Assembly (NCBI GenBank): GCA_963666975.2 | Contig: CAXVYR010000004.1 | Location: 896,001 to 960,000, forward strand | DNA: 64,000 bases | From: Terriglobia bacterium | Lineage (GTDB): Bacteria > Acidobacteriota > Terriglobia > 2-12-FULL-54-10 | Direction: 5' to 3' | Notes under the pieces: generated by a model | Database searches by the model: none | Told to the model about the DNA's origin: nothing | The model's input: only the letters and a program-made list of their open reading frames with translations | Translations under genes and position numbers: made by a program | Shown: one piece after another, positions 29,191-38,210 of the stretch | Numbering within the stretch: the first letter of the stretch is position 1 | Layout of the letters: each line of letters starts with the position of its first letter

Positions 29191-29460
29191 CGACGAGGTA
29201 GAGGACCAGCAGGTCCGATGGACTGAGGAGGGTCTGGCGGGGCCTGCGCGGCTGTCGGGGCAATCTCAGGTGGCCCAACTCAATCCATCGTAGGAGGTAG
29301 GGCTCCGGCGGCAGGGAGTCGATACATTCGGGAGCTGCCCTGGGGGCGAGTGGGTTCATCGTAGGGCGGTTAAATTTGTGCTCGGAGTCTAGTTAACTAT
29401 GGCGGAAAGCTGGGAAGCCCGGAGCCAGGGGGGAAAAGAGGGGCTACGTTTGAGACAGTG

Positions 29461-30393
29461 TTACGATTGGCTCCGTCTAAGTTCAAATGGTGGGCGTCTC
29501 GGCACAGCGGAAGCCGATATTGTGGTGGCCGGAGGCGGGATTACGGGAAAGGTTGCGCCCGCGTTGTGTGGTGGAGAGCCCTTGGAGAGCCCTTCTGCGG
29601 AGGAGTCATGGCCACCGCCGCGCGTGGAGCGAACGGGGCCGGGTCTGGCCAGCCGGCTCTCAGGGCTCTCGCGTCCGTCCGACGCGTCATAAGGATACGG
29701 GCTATAGGCACTACTGACCCATTCCCATACGTTGCCAGCCAAGTCCAGAACCCCGTAAGGGCTGGCGCCGTTGGGGAAGCTACCCACAGGCGCAGTCTCA
29801 TTCCATCCCGATCTGAACTGAGCACGGCTCCGGTCCGGGGGATCATTTCCCCATGGATATTTGCGGATGTCAGAGCCGCGCGCAGCTTTCTCCCATTCGG
29901 CCTCGGTCGGAAGACGCTGCCTCACCCACGTGCAATACTCGCGCGCTCCTAGCCAGGTAACCTCAACTACCGGATGGTTTTCAAAGCCTGCATCAGCGAC
30001 CCATTGATTCCCCCGGCGGTGAATTCGGGCGTCGGAATCTTCTGCCTCGTAGTAGTTTTTTCCGGCAGCACTCTGGACCCCCTTGGCGTTCAGGAAGGAA
30101 GCGATCTGCGCGTTGGTTACCGGAGTGCGGCCAATCAAAAAAGCAGAGAGTTCCACCCGATGGGCAGGCTTTTCATCTTCCGGGCCAGTATCATTGCCCA
30201 TGACAAACACCCCGCCAGGAATGAAAATCATTTCGTTGCTGTCAGGGTTCTGCACAAGGGCAGATCGCTCAGCAGTAAGGGGAACGGAAATTGCGACCGG
30301 AAGCAATGTCCACCGAGAGGCCAGGAAAAAGATGGCCATGAATCCCTTATCCATCAGGCGGGTCGCTATAAATCGCAAGAAAAATCCTTTCAA
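29461..30393 (-). pseudogene. FGE/SUMF1-family protein with C-terminal frameshift
   Basis: RLPTEAEWEKAARG, DLAGNVWEW; NIGFRCA out of frame because of an 11-bp duplication at 29573-29594. Confidence 0.85.
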
Positions 30394-30444
30394 CCGGAAT
30401 TTCCATCATGAGCTTCACCTTCACCCAAAATAAACTACCGCCGC

Positions 30445-30790
30445 TCATCGGGTCCCCGTCGGCACCCTTTGCTTCAGCTCTTCAAACCAGTTCAGGACGA
30501 CGTTGATTTGAGTCGTTGCCTGCTCACTTTCCTGGAGCATCACGAACTTCTGGCCGTCGGGTGTGACATCGTAGTTTGTACGAAGCCCGCCGGGCCCGGA
30601 CAAGTATGGCCCCTCGAAGAGCAGCATGGGTGTGCCTGCGCTGAACGTTGGCCCGGTGGTGATGTCAACTGCCATCATCTTGTTACCGCTGCGGTAGAAC
30701 AGCTCCCGCCCGTTGAGCGACCAGATCGCCTCCTCGCTGATCTGCCACTTCCCACCCTGCGGGCCAGAACCTCCGGGCGGTGGGCCGTGA
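30445..30790 (-). pseudogene. C-terminal remnant of Ser/Thr kinase-PD40 protein
   Basis: GGKWQIS..WSLNGRELFYR..MMAV..YDVTPDGQKF..VVLNWFEELK. Confidence 0.8.
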
Positions 30791-30829
30791 CCTTACGTCG
30801 CCACGTTATTCCCTCACGCACCGCCGCCT

Positions 30830-32125
30830 TTACCGGGAAATAACGACTAACGTCTGATCGTCGTCCGGCGGTTCTCCTGCGGAGAACTCCCTGACATTGG
30901 ACAGGATACGCGCCAAGATTGTTTCGGGAAGCTCGCCAGGCTGGGCAGCCCTGACGCTGCGCACCAAGCCTTCCACATCAAACATTTCGTCGGCGGAGTT
31001 GGTGGCCTCCGACAATCCATCGGTGTAGAGCACTAGGACATCACCGGCCTGCATATCGGTCTGGGCACGGTTGAACTTGACGTCAGGCAGCAAACCCAGC
31101 ACTGTGCCTCCTTCTTCCAGCAGTTCAAAGCGGCCGTCGGCACGCATCAGCACCGGAGGGTTATGTCCAGCGTTGATGTACTGCAACTTGCCCTTCTCAC
31201 CGTCCAGGAGAGCCAAGAACAACGTCACATATTTGCTGCCACCGGCAATGTCGTGAATCACGCCATTCAGCTGCTCGAGCAGCCGCTCGAAGGAGTGCAC
31301 GCTCAACAGCATGGCACGGAGCGTAGCCTGCAAGGTGGACATCACCATCGCCGAGGCGATGCCCTTCCCGGACACGTCCGCAATCACCGCCCACATGGTG
31401 GTTTCGGAGATAGTCAGAAAATCGTAGAAGTCACCGCCCACTTCGAAGCAGGGATCGGCACGAGCCGCCATACAATAGCTGTGCCACCGTTCGGGAGGGG
31501 GACGCAGCAGGTTCTGCTGGATCTTCCGAGCCAGCTCCAGCTCGGTGCGGACTCGCTGCTGATCCACTAACGCAGCGTGCAGCTTGGCGTTCTCCAGAGC
31601 AATGGCAATATGCACCGTCAGCGCCTGGAGGAAAATTTCGTCTTCTACGGTGAAGAGTCCCTCCAACTTGTTTAAGGTTTGGATGACACCAATGATTTCC
31701 CCGGTCCTGTTGCGGATAGGGATGCATAAGACGCTCCGGGTACGGTATCCGGTGGCGGTATCGAATTCCCGGTGGAAGCGGGTGTCCTGGTAGGCATCGT
31801 CGATAAAGATGGTTTCTCCCGTTTCTGCCACTTTGCCGGCAATCCCCTCCCCCACTTTCAAGCGCAGCACCCGTGATTCCATACCCTGGCTGATGCGCGC
31901 CCGCAGTTCCCCGGCCTGCTTGTCAAATAAATAGACGGTGCCCCGGTCAGTCCGCAGTTCCTTCGTGGCCACCTCAAGGATGAGTTCCAGCAACCGGTCC
32001 AAATCCAAGGTGGAGTTGAGGATTTTGCTGGCCTCCGCGATGGCCATCCAATGGGCCGGTTGTAATTGCGCGCTGCGCTGCATTTTGGGCCGGCTTGCCC
32101 TGGCCGGAGAGGTGGAATGTGTCAT
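30830..32125 (-). CDS. GAF plus SpoIIE/PP2C phosphatase (RsbU-like)
   Basis: GAF domain with LNK..F...DE; VGGDFYD, ADVSGKG, YINAGH, LYTDGL, DDQT. Confidence 0.93.
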   Translation of the reverse strand: MTHSTSPARASRPKMQRSAQLQPAHWMAIAEASKILNSTLDLDRLLELILEVATKELRTDRGTVYLFDKQAGELRARISQGMESRVLRLKVGEGIAGKVAETGETIFIDDAYQDTRFHREFDTATGYRTRSVLCIPIRNRTGEIIGVIQTLNKLEGLFTVEDEIFLQALTVHIAIALENAKLHAALVDQQRVRTELELARKIQQNLLRPPPERWHSYCMAARADPCFEVGGDFYDFLTISETTMWAVIADVSGKGIASAMVMSTLQATLRAMLLSVHSFERLLEQLNGVIHDIAGGSKYVTLFLALLDGEKGKLQYINAGHNPPVLMRADGRFELLEEGGTVLGLLPDVKFNRAQTDMQAGDVLVLYTDGLSEATNSADEMFDVEGLVRSVRAAQPGELPETILARILSNVREFSAGEPPDDDQTLVVISR

Positions 32126-32224
32126 TTTTTCCTTTCCCAGCAGGATTAGCTCAAAATAGAACGAGGCCACCAGCGAGTCAACCAAAAAGGCGTGCAACCG
32201 AAAGTCGTGTGTCCCGGAAAGGTA

Positions 32225-32461
32225 TTAATCCGACGCCTTTGTCCCGTTAGCAATGTAATTCACGGAAGCCAGCAGGCGCGCTTCACGCTTGAACCGGGCC
32301 AGTCGTTCCGGGTTTTGGGCGAAGGTATCTGGCAGGACTTTAATAGCCACCTCTCGGCCCAGTTTCGTATCACGGGCGGAGTACACCTCTCCCATAGCAC
32401 CCGCACCTAGCGGGCTGCGAACCTCGTAAGAGCCAAGTCGGGCACCTGGGGATACGGGCGC
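32225..32461 (-). pseudogene. N-terminal remnant of Ser/Thr protein kinase
   Basis: RLGSYEVRSPLGAGAMGEVYSARDTKLGREVAIKVLP..RFKREARLLAS; no start codon at the expected position, truncated. Confidence 0.88.
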
Positions 32462-32505
32462 GGATTACCCCCGCCTAATTGAGAATAATGGGAAAGATTA
32501 CACGA

Positions 32506-33835
32506 CATTGCTGTCCGGTTAAAACTCGAACAGAATCAACTGGTTGGGATTTCTGACTAAATCGTCTTGGGAGCCCGATGCTTCCAGGGCCTGTAAAATG
32601 GGCACTTTCTCGAAAAGAGTAACACTGAGAATCTGTAAAATTTGGTAAAGGCTGGCTTCCAAAGCGAGACGCTTCCGGACAATGGCCACGAGTACATAGA
32701 TCGAAACGGCGATCCAGATTTGAGTCTTCACTGCGTTTTGGCTGGTGCCATAGAATGCCTTGATTCGCAGGTGCTGCTTGATCCATTTGAAGAACAGTTC
32801 CACCTGCCAGCGGCACTTGTAGATTTGAGCGATAGTGAGTGCGGGTAGCACGAAATTGTTGGTAAGAAACTTCAGGCGCTTGTTTGTTTCTGCATCGAAG
32901 TACGTAACGCGCCGTAGCGGATCGGGGTATGCCCTGGCCGAGGCGTTCCCGGTCAGGATCACGGTATGATCGGATCGCAAGCCGCTGGTTCTGTCTGCTG
33001 GATGAGAATAGCGGCGTTGGAGCAAGACGTTCTCTTTCGTCCGCACGACGAAAAATGCGGAGCAGAGTGTGAAGACAAAGAGTCGCTCGAAGTCGATGTA
33101 GCCGCGATCCATCACGTAGAACGCGCCCGCTTCCGGAACGATCTCGTCGAGGATGTTGACATCGTGCACGGCACCGGCCGTGACGCGGAGAAACGTGGGG
33201 ATGTTGCCCTGCAGGTCCAGCAGCGTATGCAGTTTGACGGCAGCCTTGTGTTGGCGGAATCGTGCCCACGGAAACAGCGAGAGGCAGAGGTCGATGGTGG
33301 TGGAGTCCAGCGCGTACAGGCTCTGATCCAGATCGACGCCGATCGGATCGCGCGCATACAAAGGCCGTGCGATGCCGATCAACACCTGGGCGAAGTCCGC
33401 GTAGATGCGCCAGTCGTGCGACTCGTTGGCATCGGCCAGTGTCGAGCGCGCCACGTTGCCGCGCAATCCGATGTGGTAGAGTTTGCTGGTCATGGAACGC
33501 AGACACGCCTCGATGTCGCGGAGACTCTCGCGGTAAGTCAACTGAGCGAACGCCATCGCCAGAAACTGGTCCCAGCAAGAAAAGCTTCGCAGGTGATCGT
33601 CGCCACGGTAGCGCGTGACGCATTTGTGAAACTCGTACGAGGGCACGTGATCCATAAGCTGAGCGAAAACGGTGCGACCGATGTTCATGCACTATTCTGT
33701 CGCCTACCCCAGTCTTTACGTTCAAAGCCATTTTTCGCCCTCGCGGATTTCAAATCGAAAAATGCTCCAATGCCCGTAACCTTTTGCTCTCATGAGACTT
33801 GTTGGCTGTTCTGAAATTTTAGCCGGACAGCAGTG
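32506..33835 (-). mobile_element. IS4-family insertion sequence
   Basis: IRs cattgctgtccggttaaaa / ttttagccggacagcagtg; 9-bp TSD attacacga. Confidence 0.93.
32519..33688 (-). CDS. IS4-family transposase (DUF4372-type)
   Basis: LDSTTIDL, MDRGY, YKCRWQVELFFK. Confidence 0.95.
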   Translation of the reverse strand: MNIGRTVFAQLMDHVPSYEFHKCVTRYRGDDHLRSFSCWDQFLAMAFAQLTYRESLRDIEACLRSMTSKLYHIGLRGNVARSTLADANESHDWRIYADFAQVLIGIARPLYARDPIGVDLDQSLYALDSTTIDLCLSLFPWARFRQHKAAVKLHTLLDLQGNIPTFLRVTAGAVHDVNILDEIVPEAGAFYVMDRGYIDFERLFVFTLCSAFFVVRTKENVLLQRRYSHPADRTSGLRSDHTVILTGNASARAYPDPLRRVTYFDAETNKRLKFLTNNFVLPALTIAQIYKCRWQVELFFKWIKQHLRIKAFYGTSQNAVKTQIWIAVSIYVLVAIVRKRLALEASLYQILQILSVTLFEKVPILQALEASGSQDDLVRNPNQLILFEF

Positions 33836-34052
33836 ATTACACGAGAGGAGAGGGGAAAGCAATGTTATAGGGGGTTTCCTTGGCCTGTAGCCTTCTCCCG
33901 TCAACGAAACCGGTTTCGTAACCCCAGGCTGTTACGCAACCCCTCCTCACTGGCACTGATACAAAAATCGATCAGGTCAACCTCACCCCTCGGTACGACG
34001 GTGCTATACGAGGCCAAAGTCGTGATAGAGTTAGTCACATTGGAAGTGAACT

Positions 34053-34563
34053 ATGATATCCCACCTGAGTTTGGTTACCCTTTTCTGCCTTATTCTCGCC
34101 GTCACCAGTTGTGGCCCAGCGACAGAGCAGGCGAGACCTGCATCGGCGGCCACCACTGAAGCGGACGTGGCGGCTATCAACCGGGTGCAAGACGAACATG
34201 TGAACGCGTTGAACGCCAGCGATGCAGCAGCTTATGCAGCTCTCCTGACTGGGGACGCTGTATTCTTGTGGCCCAAATCGTCCGGCAGTTATTGGGCGGG
34301 AGGCAATTAAGGCTGATCGGCAGGCGGCCTTCGATCAGAACATGATGAATATCACGAGGTCCTCTGAGGAGGTCGTAGTGGCTGGTGACTGGTCCTTCGT
34401 TCGCTATACCTACACCGGCATGGCGACATCGAAGGCTGACGGCGAGCCGACCCACATTAACGGCAAAGGCATTAGCATCCTACAACGACAGCCCGATGGT
34501 TCCTGGAAGATCGCCCGCAGCATCTTGAACGGCAACTTTCCACCTCCAGGCACGGGCCAGTGA
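34053..34563 (+). pseudogene. SnoaL/NTF2-like lipoprotein, frameshifted near 34275
   Basis: Lipobox VTSC; second frame ends RQPDGSWKI. Confidence 0.75.
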
Positions 34564-35146
34564 GAAGTGCCCTCCCACCCCACCTTTGCCCGCTTCACGG
34601 TTTTTGGAAAATTTGGCGGGGAGAGAAATAGACACCGTAACCGAAACCGCCCCTACCCCGTTCCGCGCCCACTTCGGCCTCTTGCAGGTGTGACCAGACC
34701 GATATTTTGTACCACTACTAGTGAGAGAGTTATATCACAGCCTGGAGCTGTGAAACCGTTTTCGGGGTACCGGATGCGGTGGGATGGTCTGCTCTGGAGC
34801 GGAGAGCGCGGCAATTGTACAGGGAGGTCAGGTCGTGGGTCCCATCTGAGGGGAGTTGGGTGTGTGCGGGCCAAAAAATATTTACAGATGGTGCATGTCA
34901 CTGGATTGCGGTAGGAGCAGTAGCGTCAGCCCGGTCTTCATGATGGCGTGTTTCATTCAGCTTTGTGGGCGCTAATGTCTTTTCACTACCTCTCAATTGG
35001 TCCCGGATGGTGTGCTGACCAGACGCGATGGTGCAAGTCGTTGACCCACACACAGGCCCGTGGTAGCCTTTCCCGTAGGCTGGGCGGAAACGCCCGGAAA
35101 CACTGCCTGCCCTAAAACAACCCTGTGCGAGGAAGGAGGCCGTCTC

Positions 35147-36172
35147 ATGTATTCCTTACGTCATGCTGCAATGGTCAGACAAGCGGTGGCGGTGGCTCTC
35201 ATAGTGGGCATCCCCGTTGCCTTGGTGCTTTCGAGCGCTTCGTCGGCGCTCTCTGGCTCAATGGTCGCCGAAGAGTATCGGGCAGCTCCCGGAGTTCGCC
35301 TGCACGACGCCGTGCCGGATGGCAATGGCTGGGTCTGGTACACCGCTCGATCTCCCAACGGCGGGTCGGTAGGCGGCATCAACCCTGCCACGGGTGAGAA
35401 CGTGCTGGTGCCGCTGGGCGAGGGATCCTCACCGCACGGAGTCATCATGGGGCCTGATGGCGGCGTGTGGGTCACCGACTCGGGTCTCAACGCGATTGTG
35501 CGCGTGGATCCGGCGACGCGGGAGACGACCTTCTACAAAGTTCCCGGCCCAGTCGTGAATCTGAACACAGCAACCTTCGACAACCAGGGCATCCACTGGT
35601 TTACCGGCGCTGCGGGCTACATCGGACGCCTCGATCCGGCGACAGGAGAGATGCAGGTGTTCGACGCTCCCCGTGGTCGAGGCCCCTACGGGATAGCCAC
35701 CGCGCCGGATGGCACGGTCTACTATGCGTCGCTGGCCGGAGGCTACTTAGGAAGGGTCGACGGTGACGATGGTGCCATCACCGTGCTCGACCCGCCGACC
35801 CCGAACTCCGGGGTGAGGCGAGTCTGGGTGGACTCGAAGGGGAAGGTCTGGGTCTCGCAATACAACGCTGGCCAACTGGCGCGCTACGATTCCGAGACGA
35901 GTGCGTGGACCGAGTGGCGGCTCCCCGGCGAGCAGCCGCGGCCCTACGGTATATATGTGGATAGCCGTGATCATGTCTGGCTGAGCGACCACGCCTTGGG
36001 CTCGCGGGCGGGGGGCGGCAACGACACGCTCGTGCACTTCGACCCGAATACCGAGACCTTCACCACTGTGACCAGCGCCGCGCCGCTGCGAGTCGCCCAG
36101 TTGGGTGGCATCCCGGGAGAGGTCTGGGGCGCCGACCGCAATCGCGGGTACGTGGTCGTCGTGCGCTATTGA
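35147..36172 (+). CDS. Virginiamycin B lyase-like beta-propeller
   Basis: Repeats PHGVIMGPDGGVWVT, PYGIATAPDG, PYGIYVD. Confidence 0.85.
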   Translation: MYSLRHAAMVRQAVAVALIVGIPVALVLSSASSALSGSMVAEEYRAAPGVRLHDAVPDGNGWVWYTARSPNGGSVGGINPATGENVLVPLGEGSSPHGVIMGPDGGVWVTDSGLNAIVRVDPATRETTFYKVPGPVVNLNTATFDNQGIHWFTGAAGYIGRLDPATGEMQVFDAPRGRGPYGIATAPDGTVYYASLAGGYLGRVDGDDGAITVLDPPTPNSGVRRVWVDSKGKVWVSQYNAGQLARYDSETSAWTEWRLPGEQPRPYGIYVDSRDHVWLSDHALGSRAGGGNDTLVHFDPNTETFTTVTSAAPLRVAQLGGIPGEVWGADRNRGYVVVVRY

Positions 36173-36235
36173 CCGGTGTGCGGATAACGTTGTCGGGCGC
36201 ATGTGCCATTCCAGAACGGATTCGAAACCAAGGAC

Positions 36236-36397
36236 CCGTCCGCCGGTCTTCACTAACCGCTGCTGCAGGCTCGTCAGCGAACAGTTCCCTATTCTCTGTG
36301 GCAATACAAGTCGCCGCCATAGGTTGCCGAGATTATAGGCAATGATGGTCAGCCACAGCCTCACCTCGTTCGGTCGGAACCTGTGACAACTGCACCG
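36236..36397 (-). pseudogene. IS1380 transposase fragment
   Basis: CHRFRPNEVRLWLTIIAYNLGNLWRRL, nearly identical to the C-terminus of 38317-39645. Confidence 0.85.
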
Positions 36398-36404
36398 GGT
36401 CACC

Positions 36405-36443
36405 GGTATCCCTAGCAACACCGTCACCATCGCCGTGCAGTAA
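36405..36443 (+). pseudogene. Short TIGR03437-type C-terminal remnant
   Basis: GIPSNTVTIAVQ* matches the ends at 12313 and 14440. Confidence 0.65.
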
Positions 36444-36620
36444 CTCCTAGTTCCCATCCGTCCGAGCTGAAACCCACAAGACCTCTGCCGCCTCTGTGGT
36501 GCTATTCGACAAGGACAAGAATGTGCTCTGGAAGGCTCCGTGACTAACGCCCGTGCTGCCAAAAAGCGTGCCATCAGAAGCAATTCAAGTAGGATTCTAC
36601 AAGTTCAAAGGAGGACGATC

Positions 36621-36827
36621 ATGGACCCTGTTTTCAAGAAGAGTGAGGTCGTTGGCACCTCTGCAAAGAGTTTTGCTGATGCCACCAACAACGCTGTGGC
36701 GAGGGCGGCCCGAACAGTCCGCAATATGAGCTGGTTTGAAGTGGTGGAGATGCGAGGCTCGATTAAAGACGGTAAGGTGAATCAGTTCCAGGTCACAGTG
36801 AAAATAGGCTTCCACTTGGATGACTAA
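36621..36827 (+). CDS. Dodecin (flavin-binding)
   Basis: EVVGTS..SF.DA, SWFEVVEMRG, FQVTVKIGF; AGGAGG RBS. Confidence 0.92.
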   Translation: MDPVFKKSEVVGTSAKSFADATNNAVARAARTVRNMSWFEVVEMRGSIKDGKVNQFQVTVKIGFHLDD

Positions 36828-36968
36828 GAATCGGGAAGATCCCGTGATGCTGAGATGAACAAAGGCCGGGACCCCTCCAGTTGAGCCAAGCTGCACTGAA
36901 CGCCTTCGATCAGACGCTCAAACAACAGGCGCTGATTGAGGGCTAACGAGCATCACGATAACTACACG

Positions 36969-37145
36969 GTGGAACATTTCTTTACCTGCCCGTACTGCGG
37001 AGAAACCATCTCAATGGTGCTGGACACGTCCGTGCGAAGGCAAACCTACGTATAGGATTGCGAGGTTTGCTGCCAGCCTATCGAGATTCGGTACGGCGTG
37101 AATCAGGGAAAGCTTGCTCACTTTGCGGCTCGGGTTCTCGGATGA
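36969..37145 (+). pseudogene. CPXCG-motif cysteine-rich protein with internal TAG
   Basis: FTCPYCGE...QTYV*DCEVCCQPI; stop at 37053-37055 replaces the usual Glu. Confidence 0.8.
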
Positions 37146-37503
37146 CGAATAGATCGGGAAAAGATTACACGACGGGAGAGAGGAAAGCAATTGGTTCAGG
37201 CAGGTCCTAGCGGTGACGGTTAGGCATTGTCCAAGGGGTCAGCCGGTCGGCGAGAATGGCCGTCTCCGCAGACCCTGTAGTGGGTGTAGTGACTTGTGAG
37301 GGGGTATGAGAGGAAAAGGGGGAGAGGAGTTGGCCTGAGTCCTCCTCATATACCCCCCCTATATACCCACTACAGTCACTACAAACACGTAATCGGTTGA
37401 GAGGTGCTCGGCCCGCAGCTTGATTTCTGCACAGCGGTTCTGCATCTCAAATCGGACATTCGGGGTATACTCTTCGAATTAGAAAAAGAGAGGCCAAGCA
37501 TCT

Positions 37504-37813
37504 GTGAAAAAGCGCGAGCATGAGCGTGTTCCTTTAGGCGTGCCGGTACTATGCCAGTCGGGGCCAGACGAAGGTCGAAGGCATGGCCGAAAATGTGAGT
37601 GTTGGCGGACTTTTCTTAGTCCGGGCGGTGAAGACATTCCCAGTAAATCAGAAGATTATCGTGGAATTCGCAATCCACGGTTCTAAACAAGCTCTCGAAG
37701 CACAAGTGGTTCACGAGGTGCCAGATTTGTTTATGGGTGTGGAATTTCTGAATCTTCCGCCGAAATCGAAGGAACTGATTGAGCTGCACGTCGCCACACA
37801 ATCTATCCCCTGA
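37504..37813 (+). pseudogene. PilZ-domain protein, frameshifted
   Basis: REHER in one frame, NVSVGG and GVEF in the next. Confidence 0.75.
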
Positions 37814-38193
37814 GAAAGATTTGTTCTTGTCTGAGCGGCGGCGAGAGCTGGGCTATGTGCCGATAGGACTGGCCACTTGCTTTTGGGCCTTCCGGGCTCA
37901 TCCAGAGAACGCAGTAGCTTCGCCAATCCCACGGTTCTAAACAAGCTTCAAAGAACAACATGGCCCACGAGTCCGATTGAACACGAATCTTCCACCGAAA
38001 TCCTGATTGAGCTGCACGTCGCCAACAATCTATCCCCTGAGAAAGATTTGGACTTGTCTGAGCGGCGGCGAGAGCTGGGCTATGTGCCGATAGGACTGGC
38101 CATGCTTTTGGGCCTTCTCATCCAGAGAACGCAGTAGCTTCGCCAATCCCACGGTCCTTCAAAGAACAACATAGCCCACGACGATTGAACACG
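37751..38193. repeat. Degenerate tandem duplication (235 bp plus 208 bp)
   Basis: Second copy (from 37986) matches the first apart from several small deletions and substitutions. Confidence 0.9.
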
Positions 38194-38210
38194 CACCAAA
38201 TTCCGCTGAC

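Noticed and set aside
35147-36172. Bona fide streptogramin resistance gene
   Set aside because: Vgb-like propellers are widespread, and this one has an N-terminal hydrophobic segment; activity cannot be inferred
37053-37055. Amber recoding in the CPXCG gene
   Set aside because: A single GAG-to-TAG change among many pseudogenes; TAG is used as a normal stop elsewhere
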